DNA of 64,000 nt from the human T2T-CHM13v2.0 reference genome, Homo sapiens, in NCBI RefSeq assembly GCF_009914755.1, contig NC_060931.1. One strand, 5' to 3'. The notes under the pieces are model-generated. The model did no database searches. It was not told the origin of the DNA and worked only from the letters and a program-made list of their open reading frames with translations. Of this stretch, positions 23,815-38,345 are shown one piece after another (position 1 is the first letter of the stretch; every line of letters starts with the position of its first letter). The translations under genes and the position numbers were made by a program.

Positions 23815-25492
23815 GGCATTGTTACTCTTATGTTACATTTAAACATTTTTATAAGTATAATGATTTGCATTTATCACAGAACTCATTCATTTTTTTACTC
23901 ATTCAAATATTTCTTCCTTGCTTAGTGCCAATCAAAGCTTGAAGTAAGATCTTTATTTGCTTGGGAAGCATAAGGCATGTATTCAAGGCAAGTGAAGGAT
24001 GGATGGTTGGGTGAATGAACAGACAGATGAATCAATCAAATGATAGTGTGTTTCATAAATTTTAAACTATCATTCCAATATTGAGTTTTAATAGATGGGT
24101 AAAGTATCCACCTGCCATCATAATATGCTTTCTTTTCTCCACAATAATGGGAGATATTTTGGATTTTAAATGTCTTGGCAATGTTTTAATTTCAAGCCAC
24201 ATTGTTACCTTATGAGAAAATTTGGTACATTTTTCTATTCCCATCCCAAATGATGTACAGACATGATGTTTAGTACTTCTCATTAGAAGACCTACAATAT
24301 GATTAAATGACATTAAGATTATCTAATTATAAAATAGAACTACAGATATGTCCCAATCTAAATACAACTCTCATTAAAATTTCCTAGTAGGAAATTACAG
24401 TATAAAAACAGAAATTTTCTTGTAACTTACAGTCAAAAGAAATTAAATTTTATTCATCGTTGTGAGTTAAAATCTCCACAAAATTAATAACCCAAAATGT
24501 ATTCTCCTCAATGTGTTATTCCCCTCATTCTCAACAGGGTGGATTCTTAATGCTGGGGAGAAGGAGCCTTCAGCAACTCCAACCTTGGTAATTCTTTTGG
24601 TAACTTAAGACAGAATATAGTTATTGGTAAGTCTGTCATAAGCTACATTTTTTAAAGATCAAAAAATTTAATAAGATACACAATATTATCACAGTATTTA
24701 CCCTATATCCATGGAACTTAGAAAACAAACCATTATTCAGCTACTAGAAGTTATCACAGACAAAACTATGTTTTGAAACTCAACACAATAATGCCAGATA
24801 TCACACAAGGTCTCAGAGACATCTGAGGGAAGGAAAGTTAACAGAAAGAATCTTTGTGTCAACCTTGCTAAGATGTCAGTCAATCTATGAGAGATATGCC
24901 AAATTTTCCACCTGTGAGAATAAACTGAATTCCACAAATGGAATAACAGCAACAAGTTTGTCAGTTTTGTACTGGATAGAAAAGTCACCAAATTATACCG
25001 TTTCATCCTCCATTTACTTTTTCTGTGTGTTTTTGTGTTGTTTGAAAAATTGCAATAGTGGCCAGCTCAATCATGGAAGGTATCTGTCCCTTTTAATATA
25101 TTTGAACGCTCTTAATTTTTATCTCTCCTTTGAGCCCTGAATTTCTGCCACCCTAGTGTTGAATTGTCAGCATTATTTAATGATGCAACCTCCATAATGC
25201 TTGCAATGAATATCTTCAGTCCTATGTCTCAGTAACTATTTCTATTGCCTCTTCTTATAGGCTACTTTAAAATCTGTTTCTTAAAAAGAGGGCCTCCTTT
25301 CCCACAGTTGTTTTAGATAAATAATAATCATCAGTGAACTTCTACATTATGGTTGCTATCAATACTTGTTCCCTGCCCTTCGCAGCCAGCCGAGGACCAA
25401 GAGGGCTTCTCAAAACACTGTCATTCCTAACATTTCCCTTTGCAATTGCCCGAGGTCTTATCTTCTAACAATTCAATTGTTTTACACAAACC

Positions 25493-25815
25493 TTTTTATT
25501 AGACTGGTTTGAGATTTAAAGTTGTAAAGATGTACAGTTTGCATGTACCCATACCCAATTTCCCCTAATATTACAATCTAACATTAATGATTCATTTGTC
25601 ACAATTAATTAATCAATACTCATACATTATCTAAAGGCCATGCTTTTTTACATGTCTTTAGTTTTTACCTAATGTCCTTTCTCTGTTCCAGGCTCCCATT
25701 CAGGATATCACATTACATTTAGTTGTCGTGTTTCTTTAGGCTCCTCTTGGCCGTGACAGTTTTTTAGGTTTTTCTTGTTTTGGATGACCTTAGCTGTTTT
25801 AAGGAGTACTGGTAA
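25493..25815 (-). mobile_element. L1MC1-3-like 3' UTR fragment
   Basis: TTCCAGGCTCCCATTCAGGATATCACATTACATTTAGTTGTC. Confidence 0.75.
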
Positions 25816-26736
25816 CAATTTGATTTTTACTTAAGTTAATTTCTTTCTCTACTAGATGTAGGACCAGTGCTGTTTACTGAATTTCAGTGACTTGTTTGTT
25901 TTAGTTATGATTTTCTAGCCGAGAAGCTTGTTTTACTAATATACTTCTTTAGATTTTATCTTTTGGAAACTGGCATAGTGAGAGAGATAAAACTAGTGAG
26001 TCTGGGTCTATCAAGAAAAAAATATTTATCTTCCCTTGTTGGTTAATCCCAACCTATAGAACATCCTCTTTAGACTGATGTAGAGATAAAGCCCCACTAT
26101 ATTATCATTCTGCCTGCCTCATTTTGTTCCGCCTTCCAGTAGAATATGAATTCATAAATTCCTCAAGCATGTTCCCTCAGGACAATGGTAATATATGACT
26201 TCCCCCTATAGTAACTATCATTTTGAAACTCACTAATGATTTGAATATTTTGCAATGATCATCCTAATTTTTTCCCTTGAACATGTCCAAGTTTTCTTGT
26301 AACCAAATGTCACAGACATCCTAATCTTCTAGGTATATTTACTCAATTATTCTTACAAGGGATCTTCTATTTTCAGCTTTCAAAGATAACCTCCATAGTC
26401 ATTTTTGGATCCTGGTTCCTTCCAGCACAGTTATTCAGTCCTGCTGTCATTATTTCTGTCTTAGCAACAACTAAACAAATATCTCTCCTTTTCTTCTGTC
26501 TCCTTAGAGCTGTTAGGCCTAGTTCAATTCTTCTTCCTTCTATATCTGACTGGTATTGTTTGTCAGATATAAAAGGAAATACTTGTCTAGTCTGCCAACT
26601 AAAATATCATTTTTTCCAATAAGCAACTCTCTTCGGCTTATTTAGTAGTCTTCTTTTATTTTGTTTTTAACTAATAATTCCAGTTGCTGTTCAATTTCCT
26701 GAAATAACTTGATTCTAGAGTTAAAAAAGTACAGGC

Positions 26737-27368
26737 TTTTTTTTTTGCTAAGAATGTTTTCATTTTGTTTTTAATTGATACATAATAATTGTTCAGATTT
26801 ATGGGATACTGTGTGATGTTTCAATACACGCATACATTGTTTAATGATCAAATCAGAGCAATTAACATATCTTTCACAACAAACATTTATCATTTTTGTG
26901 GTGAGAACACGCAAAATCCTCTCTTCTAGCTATTTGAAATATACAATACAGTAGATAACCACTGTTCTACTCTCAACTTCTATGAGATCAACTTTTATAG
27001 ATTCCACACGAGTATGATTGTACAGTATTTGTCCTGTGATTGGCTTATTTCACTTAACATAATGTCCCCTGGGTTCATCCATGTTGTGGAAAATGGCAGA
27101 ATTTCATTCTTTTTTATGGCTGAATAGAATTTCATTGTGTATATATACCATATTTTTTAATCCATTCATCTGTTAATGGACACTTATGTTGATTCCATAT
27201 CTTGGCTATTGTGAAGAGTGATATAATAAACACAGAAGTGCAGATATCTTTTGACATTATTGATTTCATGTCTTTTGGATATATGCCCAGTGTTGGGATT
27301 GTTGGATCATATGGTAGCTCTATTTTTAATTTTTTCAGGAACCTCCATATTATTTTCCATAATGGCTG
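26737..27368 (-). mobile_element. L1MA4/5-like 3' fragment
   Basis: AATTGATACATAATAATTG..AATGATCAAATCAG; ends TTTTCCATAATGGCTG; TACAGG(G)CTTTT on both sides. Confidence 0.85.
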
Positions 27369-29534
27369 ATACAGGGCTTTTCAACTGCCTTCTTAGACTG
27401 GGTTTGCAACAACTGAACTTTGAGCTCTGTTTACTTCATCTCAAGAGGATAGTATATTCTGTTCATAATAAGGGCTTTCATTCATTATTATTTGTTTATT
27501 TATAAAATTCTACCACACATCTCTGGAAAACCCATAACATGGGTCTCTGAAATTGGGATGTATAGCCAATGTTTAGTCACTTAACACAACTCTATCCAAC
27601 TTGAGGCCACATAGTTTATTCCTTCTACACTTATCTCTCTTTGTCTTAAAGTCAGGTGACATGACATGAAGATGAACAGAATGTGAAACAGCTGGAATAG
27701 CACTGCCTACACAAACCTGGTACAAACTGCAAAGCCAGAACCTCATTAGTATTCTATAGAATATGCAAAACTCAGCTGCCTTGCAGTTTAAAAGTAACAA
27801 ATGTTATTCCTTACGAGTACTAAAAGGACTAATCTCAACTGAGCTTTACCTGAAATACCAGGCTAAGCTGAGACTATGAATTTTCAAGGTCTTGCTGTCA
27901 CAGTCTCACCTAAAGGTATCTGTATCCAAGATGCTGAGGTCACCTGTATGGCTAAAGTTTGTCTAAGGCACAGGTGCTTGCAGCCTTGCCTGAATAAAAA
28001 CTGTCACTTTCCTAGGACAAAGTTAATATGCTCCAGTGACCCATCAAAGTCAAAATCCCACCTGGCCAATTTACTAAAGCCTGAGGCCTAATGCTACCCA
28101 CCCAGGGTGCATGAGCTAAAAAAAATAATAATAATAAATTGTAAAAAGTAGCCATATGGCAAGCTATAGAAAGTTACCACCTACCAAAGTAAAAAAAAAA
28201 AAAAAAAAAACATGACTCCCACTTCTATTCCTACTTGGTGAAACAAAACCCCGAGGCCATTCTTTTGGATCACTTAGGGTCTTGCTTCAACAAGATGCTT
28301 CAATCTCCACAGTTCCCTTTCTTACCAAATTCTGCTCCTTATCTATTGCCAAGTTGGCTAGTCCAATATATGAGATTTGAGGGCTTAAAGATTTAATATA
28401 CAACACTCTTCTCCTCCTGTTGAAGTTCAGAACCAACTGATAGCTGATCAAATGAGTCAGAAGTATGGAGATGCCAGTTTTATTACTGAGGAAGCTGTTG
28501 GTGTCACAGCCTAGATATGTAGCCAGAAAGCCTTCCTAATACAGCCCCCATAGTCAGATCATCTACCATATATTAGAGATAAAAACAGAATACCATATTT
28601 TGTCTAATAAATGACATCAGGTTCATAAGACCTGCCATTATTTTGTGCACCAAGAGAGAAATGGACCTTCCCTGTCATTTAAATTAGGACCTTCCATTAA
28701 TAAGATACATGCTTTGTGTGGGCAGATCCCATGCGAAGTAAGTAAAGAGAAGCAGTTAAGTTGTACAAGCCCTGTTCATTCTCCCATGTATGTTAGTTGT
28801 ATGATAATTGACTCTTCTCCTGAGGAGCAGTGAATGAGAGGGCAAACAGGCCAGTTAGTGCTATGCTTATTCTTGAGTGTTTGGAAATATAAAACAAGGA
28901 AAAAAGAGATTCCCTCGCCCAATCAAAAATTAATGTTGTATTTGAAAACAAAAAAGAATGCAACACTAGAGAAGATTACACTTAAAATAATCTCTAAAGG
29001 TTTTTAATTGGAAGAAAACCTTGTCTTTATAGAATAAAAGTTCCACAGAAAAAAATTCTAAGTATGAAGTAATATTTGTTTTAAAAAACTGAAAACCTTA
29101 TTACTAAATGGAAATTTCAATTTTATGAGAATAATTAAAGCTAGTAAACATTTTGGAACTACAATAAGCAATTTTCAGACATTGAATCAACATTTTATAT
29201 AGTCAATGGGAATAGGATCTAGAACTTGATTTTACCAGAACAATACAATTTCATGTCTTGCCTAATAAGATTAGTCAGTCTTGACTATTTGTTTGTCTGA
29301 ATTGTCTCATAGCACCTTTTCTTTTAGATCAGAGATATTACACTTTCAGTATGTATAACAAAAGCAGATTGCTCATTTTCTACTTTGTATTGACTTTTAA
29401 AAGCATGCTTACTTAGCATTGTGGACAAAAGGACATTCAGGGGCCCAGTGAAAATCAAAAGCAAATTAGTAACCAAATGATGAAGCCTGAAGGACTTGGA
29501 GGTATAATATAAAGGAAAGACCATAGCTGTTGAG

Positions 29535-29757
29535 GGCACCATCTTTGGAGTCACACAGACCTGAGCCCTAATCCTCCCCCAGCATTTATTAAGTGGGCAA
29601 GCTACTTAATCTCACTTCACTTCAATATTTTCATCTTTATAAAAGTAATAATAATAATCATAATACTTCCCTCCCAGGGTCATTGTATGAATTAATGAGG
29701 CAATATATGTAAGCCAATAACACAGTGCCTAACCCATAGAAAATGGTCAAATAATAG
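29535..29757 (+). mobile_element. MIR
   Basis: CAGACCTGAG..GGGCAAGCTACTTAATCTC..ACAGTGCCT core. Confidence 0.7.
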
Positions 29758-29835
29758 AAATGCTTATTTTTCCATTCTGGGATAATACATAACACAGAAA
29801 CAGCTCCCACACAAGATGAACACTGTTTTACCATT

Positions 29836-30230
29836 GTATCAATTCATTCGTGTTTTTCAACACTTATTTCAGGCTCTATGTCTTCCACACACAGCGTAGG
29901 ATTGCACCTCCGACCTCTCCACCCACCTAATCCCCTGAGTGGTGGTTGCTGGGATTCATTATGCTACTGAGTTGTACATAGAATCTATGAGTGTCTCTTC
30001 CTGGAAAGAGTATTTAAGTGCTGATGTGAGACCCTGTATATCTTTTGTTCCCTTTGCCACAGCTGGCAATGTTTCAGATGGTGGCTGCTCCATCAGCCTG
30101 GGTCCCAGACAAAGAACAACATGAAACAGTGCTCCAGCAAACCCTCAATCAACAAGTAGCAGGAGTGTTGTTTTAAGACAAGAGATTTGTTTATTGCCAC
30201 AGCAGAATTTAGTCAGTTCTGACAGATACA
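29836..30230 (+). mobile_element. Old MLT1 (I/J-like) LTR
   Basis: GGTGGCTGCTCCATCAGCCTGGGTCCCAGA; end CTGACAGATACA. Confidence 0.7.
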
Positions 30231-30607
30231 CCTAGTTAATCTCACCTCTAATACATAATTACATTATCACAATTTACATTTCAAACTTTATATGTTCTAC
30301 AGCAGCCATCTGTGGTGATAATCAAGCAGGGTATCGGCAATATTGTTGAAATTCACTCATTCAACAAACATGTTTCAGATACTGCACTAAGTTCCAGGCA
30401 AAGAATATTGAATAAGTGGACATGATACCTTTCCTCCTAGTTTACTATGAGGTTGATTAGATCATGAAGACAGGAAGATATTTCTCAGTAATGATATTAC
30501 TACTTAAAGTTAAAACTAACCATGAAGAGGTTACCATTATCTGGTTAAGTCCTTAGTAGAGATGAGTTTATTTAATAATACTTTTCTTTTCACTTTATAT
30601 GTTATCT

Positions 30608-30683
30608 TTTATTTTTTTCTTTCCAACTTTTTATTTTAGGTTTGGGGGTACACATGCAGGTTTGTTACATGCGTAAATTATGT
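30608..30683 (-). mobile_element. L1PA15/16-like 3' terminal fragment
   Basis: CCAACTTTTTATTTTAGGTTTGGGGGTACACATGCAGGTTTGTTACATG. Confidence 0.8.
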
Positions 30684-30992
30684 GATCACATTTTTAATAC
30701 ATTACAAAGCTACTAAAAGTTAAGCCCTGTGGAAAAGATATGCTCAGCAGAATTCTGAGGCAGGGGGAGGTTTGGCTATAAAAAACAATCTAAATATAGA
30801 GTGCCCACAAACACAGAGTGGTTTGTAGTTGGGATGGATGCAGTCAAAAGGTATCATCCAGTGAACAGGGAGCAAGAGAGGTAGGGGGGAATATTGGAAC
30901 ACATACTGGATTAAAAATCAATTCACTTGATTGAATTTCTGGCTTGACTAACTTTGCCATATGACCTTAAAGCCATTTATTAAGTCACTTAA

Positions 30993-31332
<340 letters not shown>

Positions 31333-33157
31333 AATAGGATATGGAGATATATATATATATATATATATATAAAATCTCAAGGAGTTTTGGTAAAATCTAT
31401 AAGTGAAAGCATTTTGAGAGCTGAAAAATGCTATTCAAAGGAAGAATATTAATAATGTAAATATGGAAAGGTCTCTGAGGAAGACCATGAACTACAAATT
31501 TATCACAGCTATTCCTGCAAGAAGAAAAAGAATAGAAGAAATTAGAATTTTTATTTTTTAATGAAGTGACAACGTTTTTGAATGTTTTACTTTGCCTGAA
31601 TGTTTTACTTTCTATGTAAACTATCAGGGATACAAGGATGTTCCTAGAGTGAAGTTGCTCTTATTCACCTGCATTCTAATATCCTCCTTTAGTAGAAGAA
31701 AAAGGAACAGAATTACAGATGACCATAGAATTCAAAATAACTCCAGATATACCTTTGAGAATGACTACATCATCAGCCATGAGTTCTGGGCAGAAAAAAA
31801 AAAAAAGGTTGAGAGGCACTGTACTAGCTGACTTTTCTGTTAGCTGTTCATTGTTCTTATTTTGCAATTTTCTGATCCATACCTGTTTCTCAAACATCAA
31901 TTTATGAAATCATACCCTTCTATACAGATAGGATGGGTAAGAGCAACTTTATTATTGGAGAAGAAGAAGGGCATTTGCATTTTCCTCCCTGCAAACTGTA
32001 AGAAAGACAACTTCTCATTATACTCTAGTCATTGTAACTAATGAGTATATTTATTCTGCAACTTTTAGAATCAAAATAATTATGTTTTAGGAAAAATAAT
32101 GAATCATCAAAGTGAAGATATGTGACTAACACATAATTTTAATAAATATTTCCCCGGAACTTTAATCCAATCCTTCTTTTCAGCCTGAGATATTCTCATT
32201 TGAGCAGTATGTATTTTTAAAAAATTTTGTTGAGATAGTAGAGCCATCATAAGTCGCTACTAATTTGACACTATATCTAATTGAAGTATCATGCCCTCAG
32301 TGACTAAATATCCACTACTAAACTAAGCTAGACAATAGAAACAATTACCTAATTAAGGATTTTACTCAATTACTAAGATCATTTAAACTAAATATGCTTT
32401 TTCTGAGAAAAACACTTTCCTGAAATCTTGAATTTATTCTATTGAATTCTGGTCCAGAAATGATAGCAAATTCTAATGTCTTATATTTACATTTATATGA
32501 TTTCTCCACCAAGAATCTTTCTTAAGATATCCTTGCACTAGACAAGAAAAGAAAATTTCTTCATTATTAACAAACTTGATTTTCCCTGTGGCAAAGGTTT
32601 CCCAATTAGGTACATTCCCCTTCACATTGGAAAATAGATTCATTTATGAACCTGGAGAACGTATTAAATATTGTTTAAATATATGAAATGTTAAAGAAAG
32701 AAATGAGGAGATGGGGAATGGGAGTTTTTTTGTTTTTGTTTTTAATGAAAAGAATATTTTCAAAGTACCAAAAAATATCAAAAAGCAGAATATTGTGAAT
32801 TAGAGTAAAATTATCTGAAATACAAAACTAAGTGCTTGTGACATCTCCCAGTCATAAGGGCTGTGGTTGGAACATTCCTAAAATTAAAGCTCCATATTGA
32901 TTGAAAACATTTCTCTGGCTGTATGTTCCATTATACTGAGAACTAATCTATCTTACATACCCAGAATATAGTACATTGCCTGGTACAGAGTAGGCCCTCA
33001 ATAAATATTTATTATTGAATGAAAACATAAGAACAAAACTAGCAGAGGTATCTCAGTGTGCAGTCATGCTTTAGACATCAATATCTAAATATGGGCTAGA
33101 AAACTATCTCCAGTATAGAAAAGGTGTAAGAAGAGCTAAGTAGTGAGATTACTCCCT

Positions 33158-33633
33158 GAGTCAGACACTACTGGCTGGCTGGCTCAACAGCCAATCCCAT
33201 TCACTCTCTTCTTTGATGCCTTGAACTAAGAGGTTAAAAAACTATTTACACAGTTTTCCAACCTAATTTGCAACTATAAGCAATCATATGAACTGATCTG
33301 GCCAGTGAGACATAAACAATACTCTGCTATGTGATTTTGAGAAAGATTATGCATTCTTGACACAAGGGGCAAATATAGCTTACACTGCTGGTCCTGTTTA
33401 TTTCTGTCTCCTGAAGTGATGTGATAGCTGGACCTATAGTAGCAATGCTGTGACATAAAGGAAAAGACAGAGATGCTGGCCTTGACAACACTGAGCCACT
33501 GAAGCAATCTCAAAAGCTGCCTACTTTCATAGTCTTGGTCTGTGAAAATAAAGCTAGAAGACTACTATTTGTTTAAGTCATTACTAGTTGGCTTATGTGT
33601 TACTTCCAGCCAAAAAGCCCTCTTAATCATACA
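33158..33633 (+). mobile_element. Old MaLR/ERVL LTR (LTR33/MLT1-like)
   Basis: TTGTTTAAGTCATTACTAGTTGG..GTTACTTCCAGCCAAAAGC..AATCATACA terminus. Confidence 0.55.
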
Positions 33634-36600
33634 CTCCCTTTCTCAAATACACATATTTCAAAGTTGAGTCTTGAAGTAAAGCATTCATGAAACAGCAGAC
33701 TCTTGCCTTGGGTCATCATAATTAAAGGCCATTTGAGCTCAGGAGTTTATTTTGAGTTCTTTATAGTGGCCACTTGTACTAGGTCACTCTTCTTCATAAA
33801 GGACCTCTCTTATATATTTCATCATGTTACCTTTTTAAAAAATTGTTGACATGTCTACTTCGTATAATCAGAAGAGAAATCTTCAAGGGTAAAGCTCTCC
33901 TCTTATCTCCTTGGTATCCCAGGTACTTGGCATAGTGTTTGGCCCATGATCATCTCTCATGACTATTACTTAAATACATATGCACATAACTAATCAGATA
34001 TTACTTTCAGATGAATGGCTGATTTAGAGATGATACAATTAGTAAACCATCACTTCTGGGTATGAAAAATAGATTTGAATTGTCAGGAAGAAAATAATCA
34101 ATATAAGACCAAAATAAATACCATAAACATGTTATATCTAAAATATGCAATAAAAACCTATCCCGAAATCTCTGAGAATAAATTTTTAGGTGGAAAAGCA
34201 AACCCAGTTAACATGCTTTCCTGTCTTCTGAGCTCCTTCAGTGTTTGTGCTCTGCATAATTTATTTACACTGGAGTCACAAGCCCAAAGTAACAGCAGTG
34301 ATTCTAACACACATCTGTATGAATTAACCCCTCCAAGCAATGACTGTGCTTAGAGGATTTAACTCCCCTACAATGCTGATAATCTTTATCAGATCCTATT
34401 ATCCCACCCCCAATCCTCAAAACAATTATTTGAGAAACCTAAAACTAAAAAGAGTTTGCATATTATGAATATATAGTTTGAGACAAAACCCCTAGAAAGG
34501 CCTTTCAGCCATTTAGTCTTTCATTCATCAGATGCCTACTGAGCTCTACAGTTTTAGGCAGTCAAGATAGGTAGATGGGTAGCACAAACACACCCCTCCT
34601 CCTGAAGTTTACAGTCTGATGAACCAGACTAACACTTCTAAACTTCTCCTATATAGAAATTCAGAAATCCATGCTATGTCCACGATTCCGTTTCCTCAAT
34701 AAAATATGTCAAGGTGAACTTTTAATCTTTAAAGTTTAACTCATTCACTCCACAAATGTCTACTGAGCAAGCTTTCCCTCCTCACTGCCATCCTCATCAT
34801 TTCCATAAGCACAGGGGTTATAAGGAAAAATATAACAGTCATAGTGCCTGCCGTCATGAAGCACCTATGTTATTTATAGAAGACAAATACACAAGTACTT
34901 CTATTACTGGTGATTCTTATTATCAAGTAATCCCCAAATTATATTAATATTTATTTACATTTATTTTTATTCATATTTGTTTATAATCAAAAATTAAAAT
35001 GTCCCAAAGCAGCCATTTATGGGCTATAGGTACTTTAATATTTGAACATTCAAGTTTAGAACTAACCTTAATTCAGGTGTTAACTGTACAATATGCAGAA
35101 CAGAAACCAAAACAAACAGTAAATAGACAAGGGCTACTCCTTTTATTTTTTCCTTGTGAGAATCAGGGGGAAAAATACAAAAGATCCAAAGCACTGATCA
35201 GAGCATTTATATACCTAACAACTGAGGCTCATAAAGCACCACAAAACAATTTTATTCTTTCCCCCCATTGCCCCTGCATATCCAGCCTATAGGGCTTGTC
35301 CATCTCTATTCCCTTGGATGTAACTGAAAATCAGTGACTCGACTTTCAGATTGTTCCCAGATAAAACATTCCTTCTTTCATTTCAGTAGAAAAAAAGAAA
35401 ATGCTACAGACTCAAGTAAAATCAGGTCTAAGGCAGAGTAATAATTAAAACTCCAGTATCCACCTGAGCTAATGCTTCTCCCCTCACCCAGCCTTGGAAG
35501 GCAGCCGGATGGCAGCCTGCAGTAGGACCTGGCAGGCTCTTCTTTCTGCCCAGCCGGCTTCCTCATCCTCATCCTCCCTCCACCTTAATCAGCAGCTGGA
35601 GCTTTTGATCTCTCTGAATTGAAGAGGTCAGAGATAGAAGGTATAAGGAGACATGAAAAATCTTATTTGTCTAGCACTGATCTAGCATTGCATTTTCCTG
35701 GGCTTTGCAGGTGTTCAAAGTTGACTTTCCTGATCCCAATTTCCTCAGTTCTTTGAAGACCCTCAGGCTCTGGGGATCTATCACTGCAGACTCTGACCTG
35801 ATTCTGGCGAGGCATTCATGACAGGCCACTGACTACCCTACCCAAAGCCTCTGGTTGTCTGCATTTCTCCTTCAGCCTTCTACTACCACCCTTTATGTGA
35901 ATTATAAAATGGTGGCACCTCCAGGTTGATGAAGTATAGACAGGTGCCCTCCCACCATGTTGATACAGCCCTATGCACAAGCCTGGGCAAGCAGCTCCTT
36001 CTCACCTCTCAGCCAGGAGCCTTTGTGCAGACCACAACCTACAAGGTGACATTACCACAGCCCTGTGCCCTTCACAGACTGTCTACTGGAATCACAGATT
36101 CTCCACCAAGTACTTCTGGGTAGGGGCTAAGAAAACACGTCTCCTGCTCTGTGCTCACTCTACCCAAATAGAGTACACAGGAAACCCATCCCTTTTGCCT
36201 GACATAAGGGCAAGTGCAGTCACTTGCCCTATTTTATTTTAGTCCTCTGAAAGACAGATTCAGACACAGTGTTTTATATTTCTCTGCTGTGAAGCAGTTC
36301 ACTACATCACCCTAACTCCAACGGAACATAGCAATGGTTTTCCTATAGCAGCAGCACACTTCATTAGAGTTGAAGCAAGGAGAAAGTATATAAACCCTCA
36401 CCCTGGGCTTGCATATTTAAAAGAACACCAAAAAGTCTCTATGCTTGTATTCCCTACCTTTCTTTTAACTCTCTTATATTCCACATGGATTAGGGATACT
36501 CCACTCGAATCCAGCACAGGGGGTGTGACAACTCTTACTTTGGAATATGGAGTAATTGGCTCCTCTTTGCATGGAGGCTTCAGTCAAAAGCAAGAGTAGA

Positions 36601-36887
36601 ATACATTTATTTTTCTATATTGCAACAGTAATTAAAATAAGAATTTACAGATGTTCTAAGGAGAAACGTATTTTTGAAAGAAGTTGAAAAGTGAATGAGG
36701 GATGCTTATTAGCAAATTAAAGAGAATTTTAGTATTATATATTTACAAGGACATATGTACTTTAAGTCCCCAGAATAGATCAGTCAATCCTATTCCTTAA
36801 AAAATTATACAGAGGAATTTACAGTCACAGGGCAGATGAAGCAAGTAAAGGCTGAAGCAAGAGGTATGGCCAGATGACTAGAAGGTT

Positions 36888-37012
36888 TAGGTAGCCATAT
36901 AATTTAATGCCCAAACCTGACACTTTGAGAAATAAAATGAAGACTATGAATACATTCAGACAACAGATGTAAACCAGAACTGTTCTGCATAAATTGGATG
37001 CCTGATTACCCT
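36888..37012. mobile_element. MER94-like hAT MITE
   Basis: TAGGTAGCCATATAATTTAATGCCCAAAC...GATTACCCTA with degenerate terminal inverted repeats. Confidence 0.6.
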
Positions 37013-37025
37013 ATGTGACCAAAAT

Positions 37026-37185
37026 AACAGTTCATTCCTGACTGGTAGTAGAAGGCAACAATGAAATTGGTCTCTGAAGAAAAACAGAGGTTTGCTTCAA
37101 AGAGAACAGTGCATTTCTGACTGGTAGTAGAAACCAACAAAGAAATTGATCTCTGAAGCAAAATGGAGGTTTGCTTCAAAGAGAA
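37026..37185. repeat. 79-bp tandem duplication
   Basis: AACAGT.CATT.CTGACTGGTAGTAGAA...GAGGTTTGCTTCAAAGAG at 37026 and 37105. Confidence 0.95.
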
Positions 37186-37316
37186 TGCTAGTGAGAGTAA
37201 ACTATGGATCAGCATGGGGACATGGAAGCCATTTTATTTGTAATTAATGATGACAGTACTTCCATTTTCAACGTTTATTCTGGATGAAAGATGGGACACT
37301 TTACAGGCCATATTTA

Positions 37317-37619
<303 letters not shown>

Positions 37620-37992
37620 TACAGGCCATATTTAAAAAATCACTGTAAAGAAGTCCAAGTGTTAATGGTAAAGACTCCTAAGAAAAAACATCATGATTTA
37701 GTTACTCAAACAAATATAGATGAATTAGTGAAATTTAGATAAACTAATAAAAATATGAGCTACAAGGAGTGATCTAGATGCCCAAATACATGTGTTTCAC
37801 TTGAAAAATATTTGAGAAACTTGATACATCAGATGTAATTAAGAAAAGGAACTAGGATTGTTTAGAAATGGAGCCCAGCTAGAATACTTGGGGAGGGTGT
37901 GAAGAGAGGGATAATGTAATCTCTTAATTGACATGTTACTTAGTCAGAGGTTTTTATTTAGACCTATCCCTTGAGGCTTTTAAAAGTAACTC

Positions 37993-37996
<4 letters not shown>

Positions 37997-38036
<40 letters not shown>
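37997..38036. repeat. (AC)20 microsatellite
   Basis: Perfect dinucleotide run. Confidence 0.97.
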
Positions 38037-38037
<1 letters not shown>

Positions 38038-38174
38038 AACAAATAAACATTAAAAGCCAATCTATATTCCCGATCAATGACGAATTTAAACAGTGAAGAC
38101 TAATTGCTTTCAATTAAATATGCTCAACAATTAAAATACCATCAGTTAACTATTATATAAACCAGGGATTTTTA

Positions 38175-38345
38175 ATAGTAACTAATATTTATATGCTGCT
38201 TACATGGATTTACTAATCCTCAAAATAATTCTGAGGTATGAGCAATTGTTATTCCCATTTTACAGATGATGAAACTGACATATAGGCAGGTTAAGAAACT
38301 TGCCCAAGTTCACGCAGCTAGGAAGTGATGAAAATTCAGGATTCA
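38175..38345 (-). mobile_element. MIR
   Basis: CCCATTTTACAGATGATGAAACTGA..AACTTGCCCAAGTTCAC. Confidence 0.85.

Noticed and set aside
26737-26772. Interrupted tail of the L1MA fragment as a second possible transduction
   Set aside because: Only about 16 nt in an old element; cannot be distinguished from tail decay
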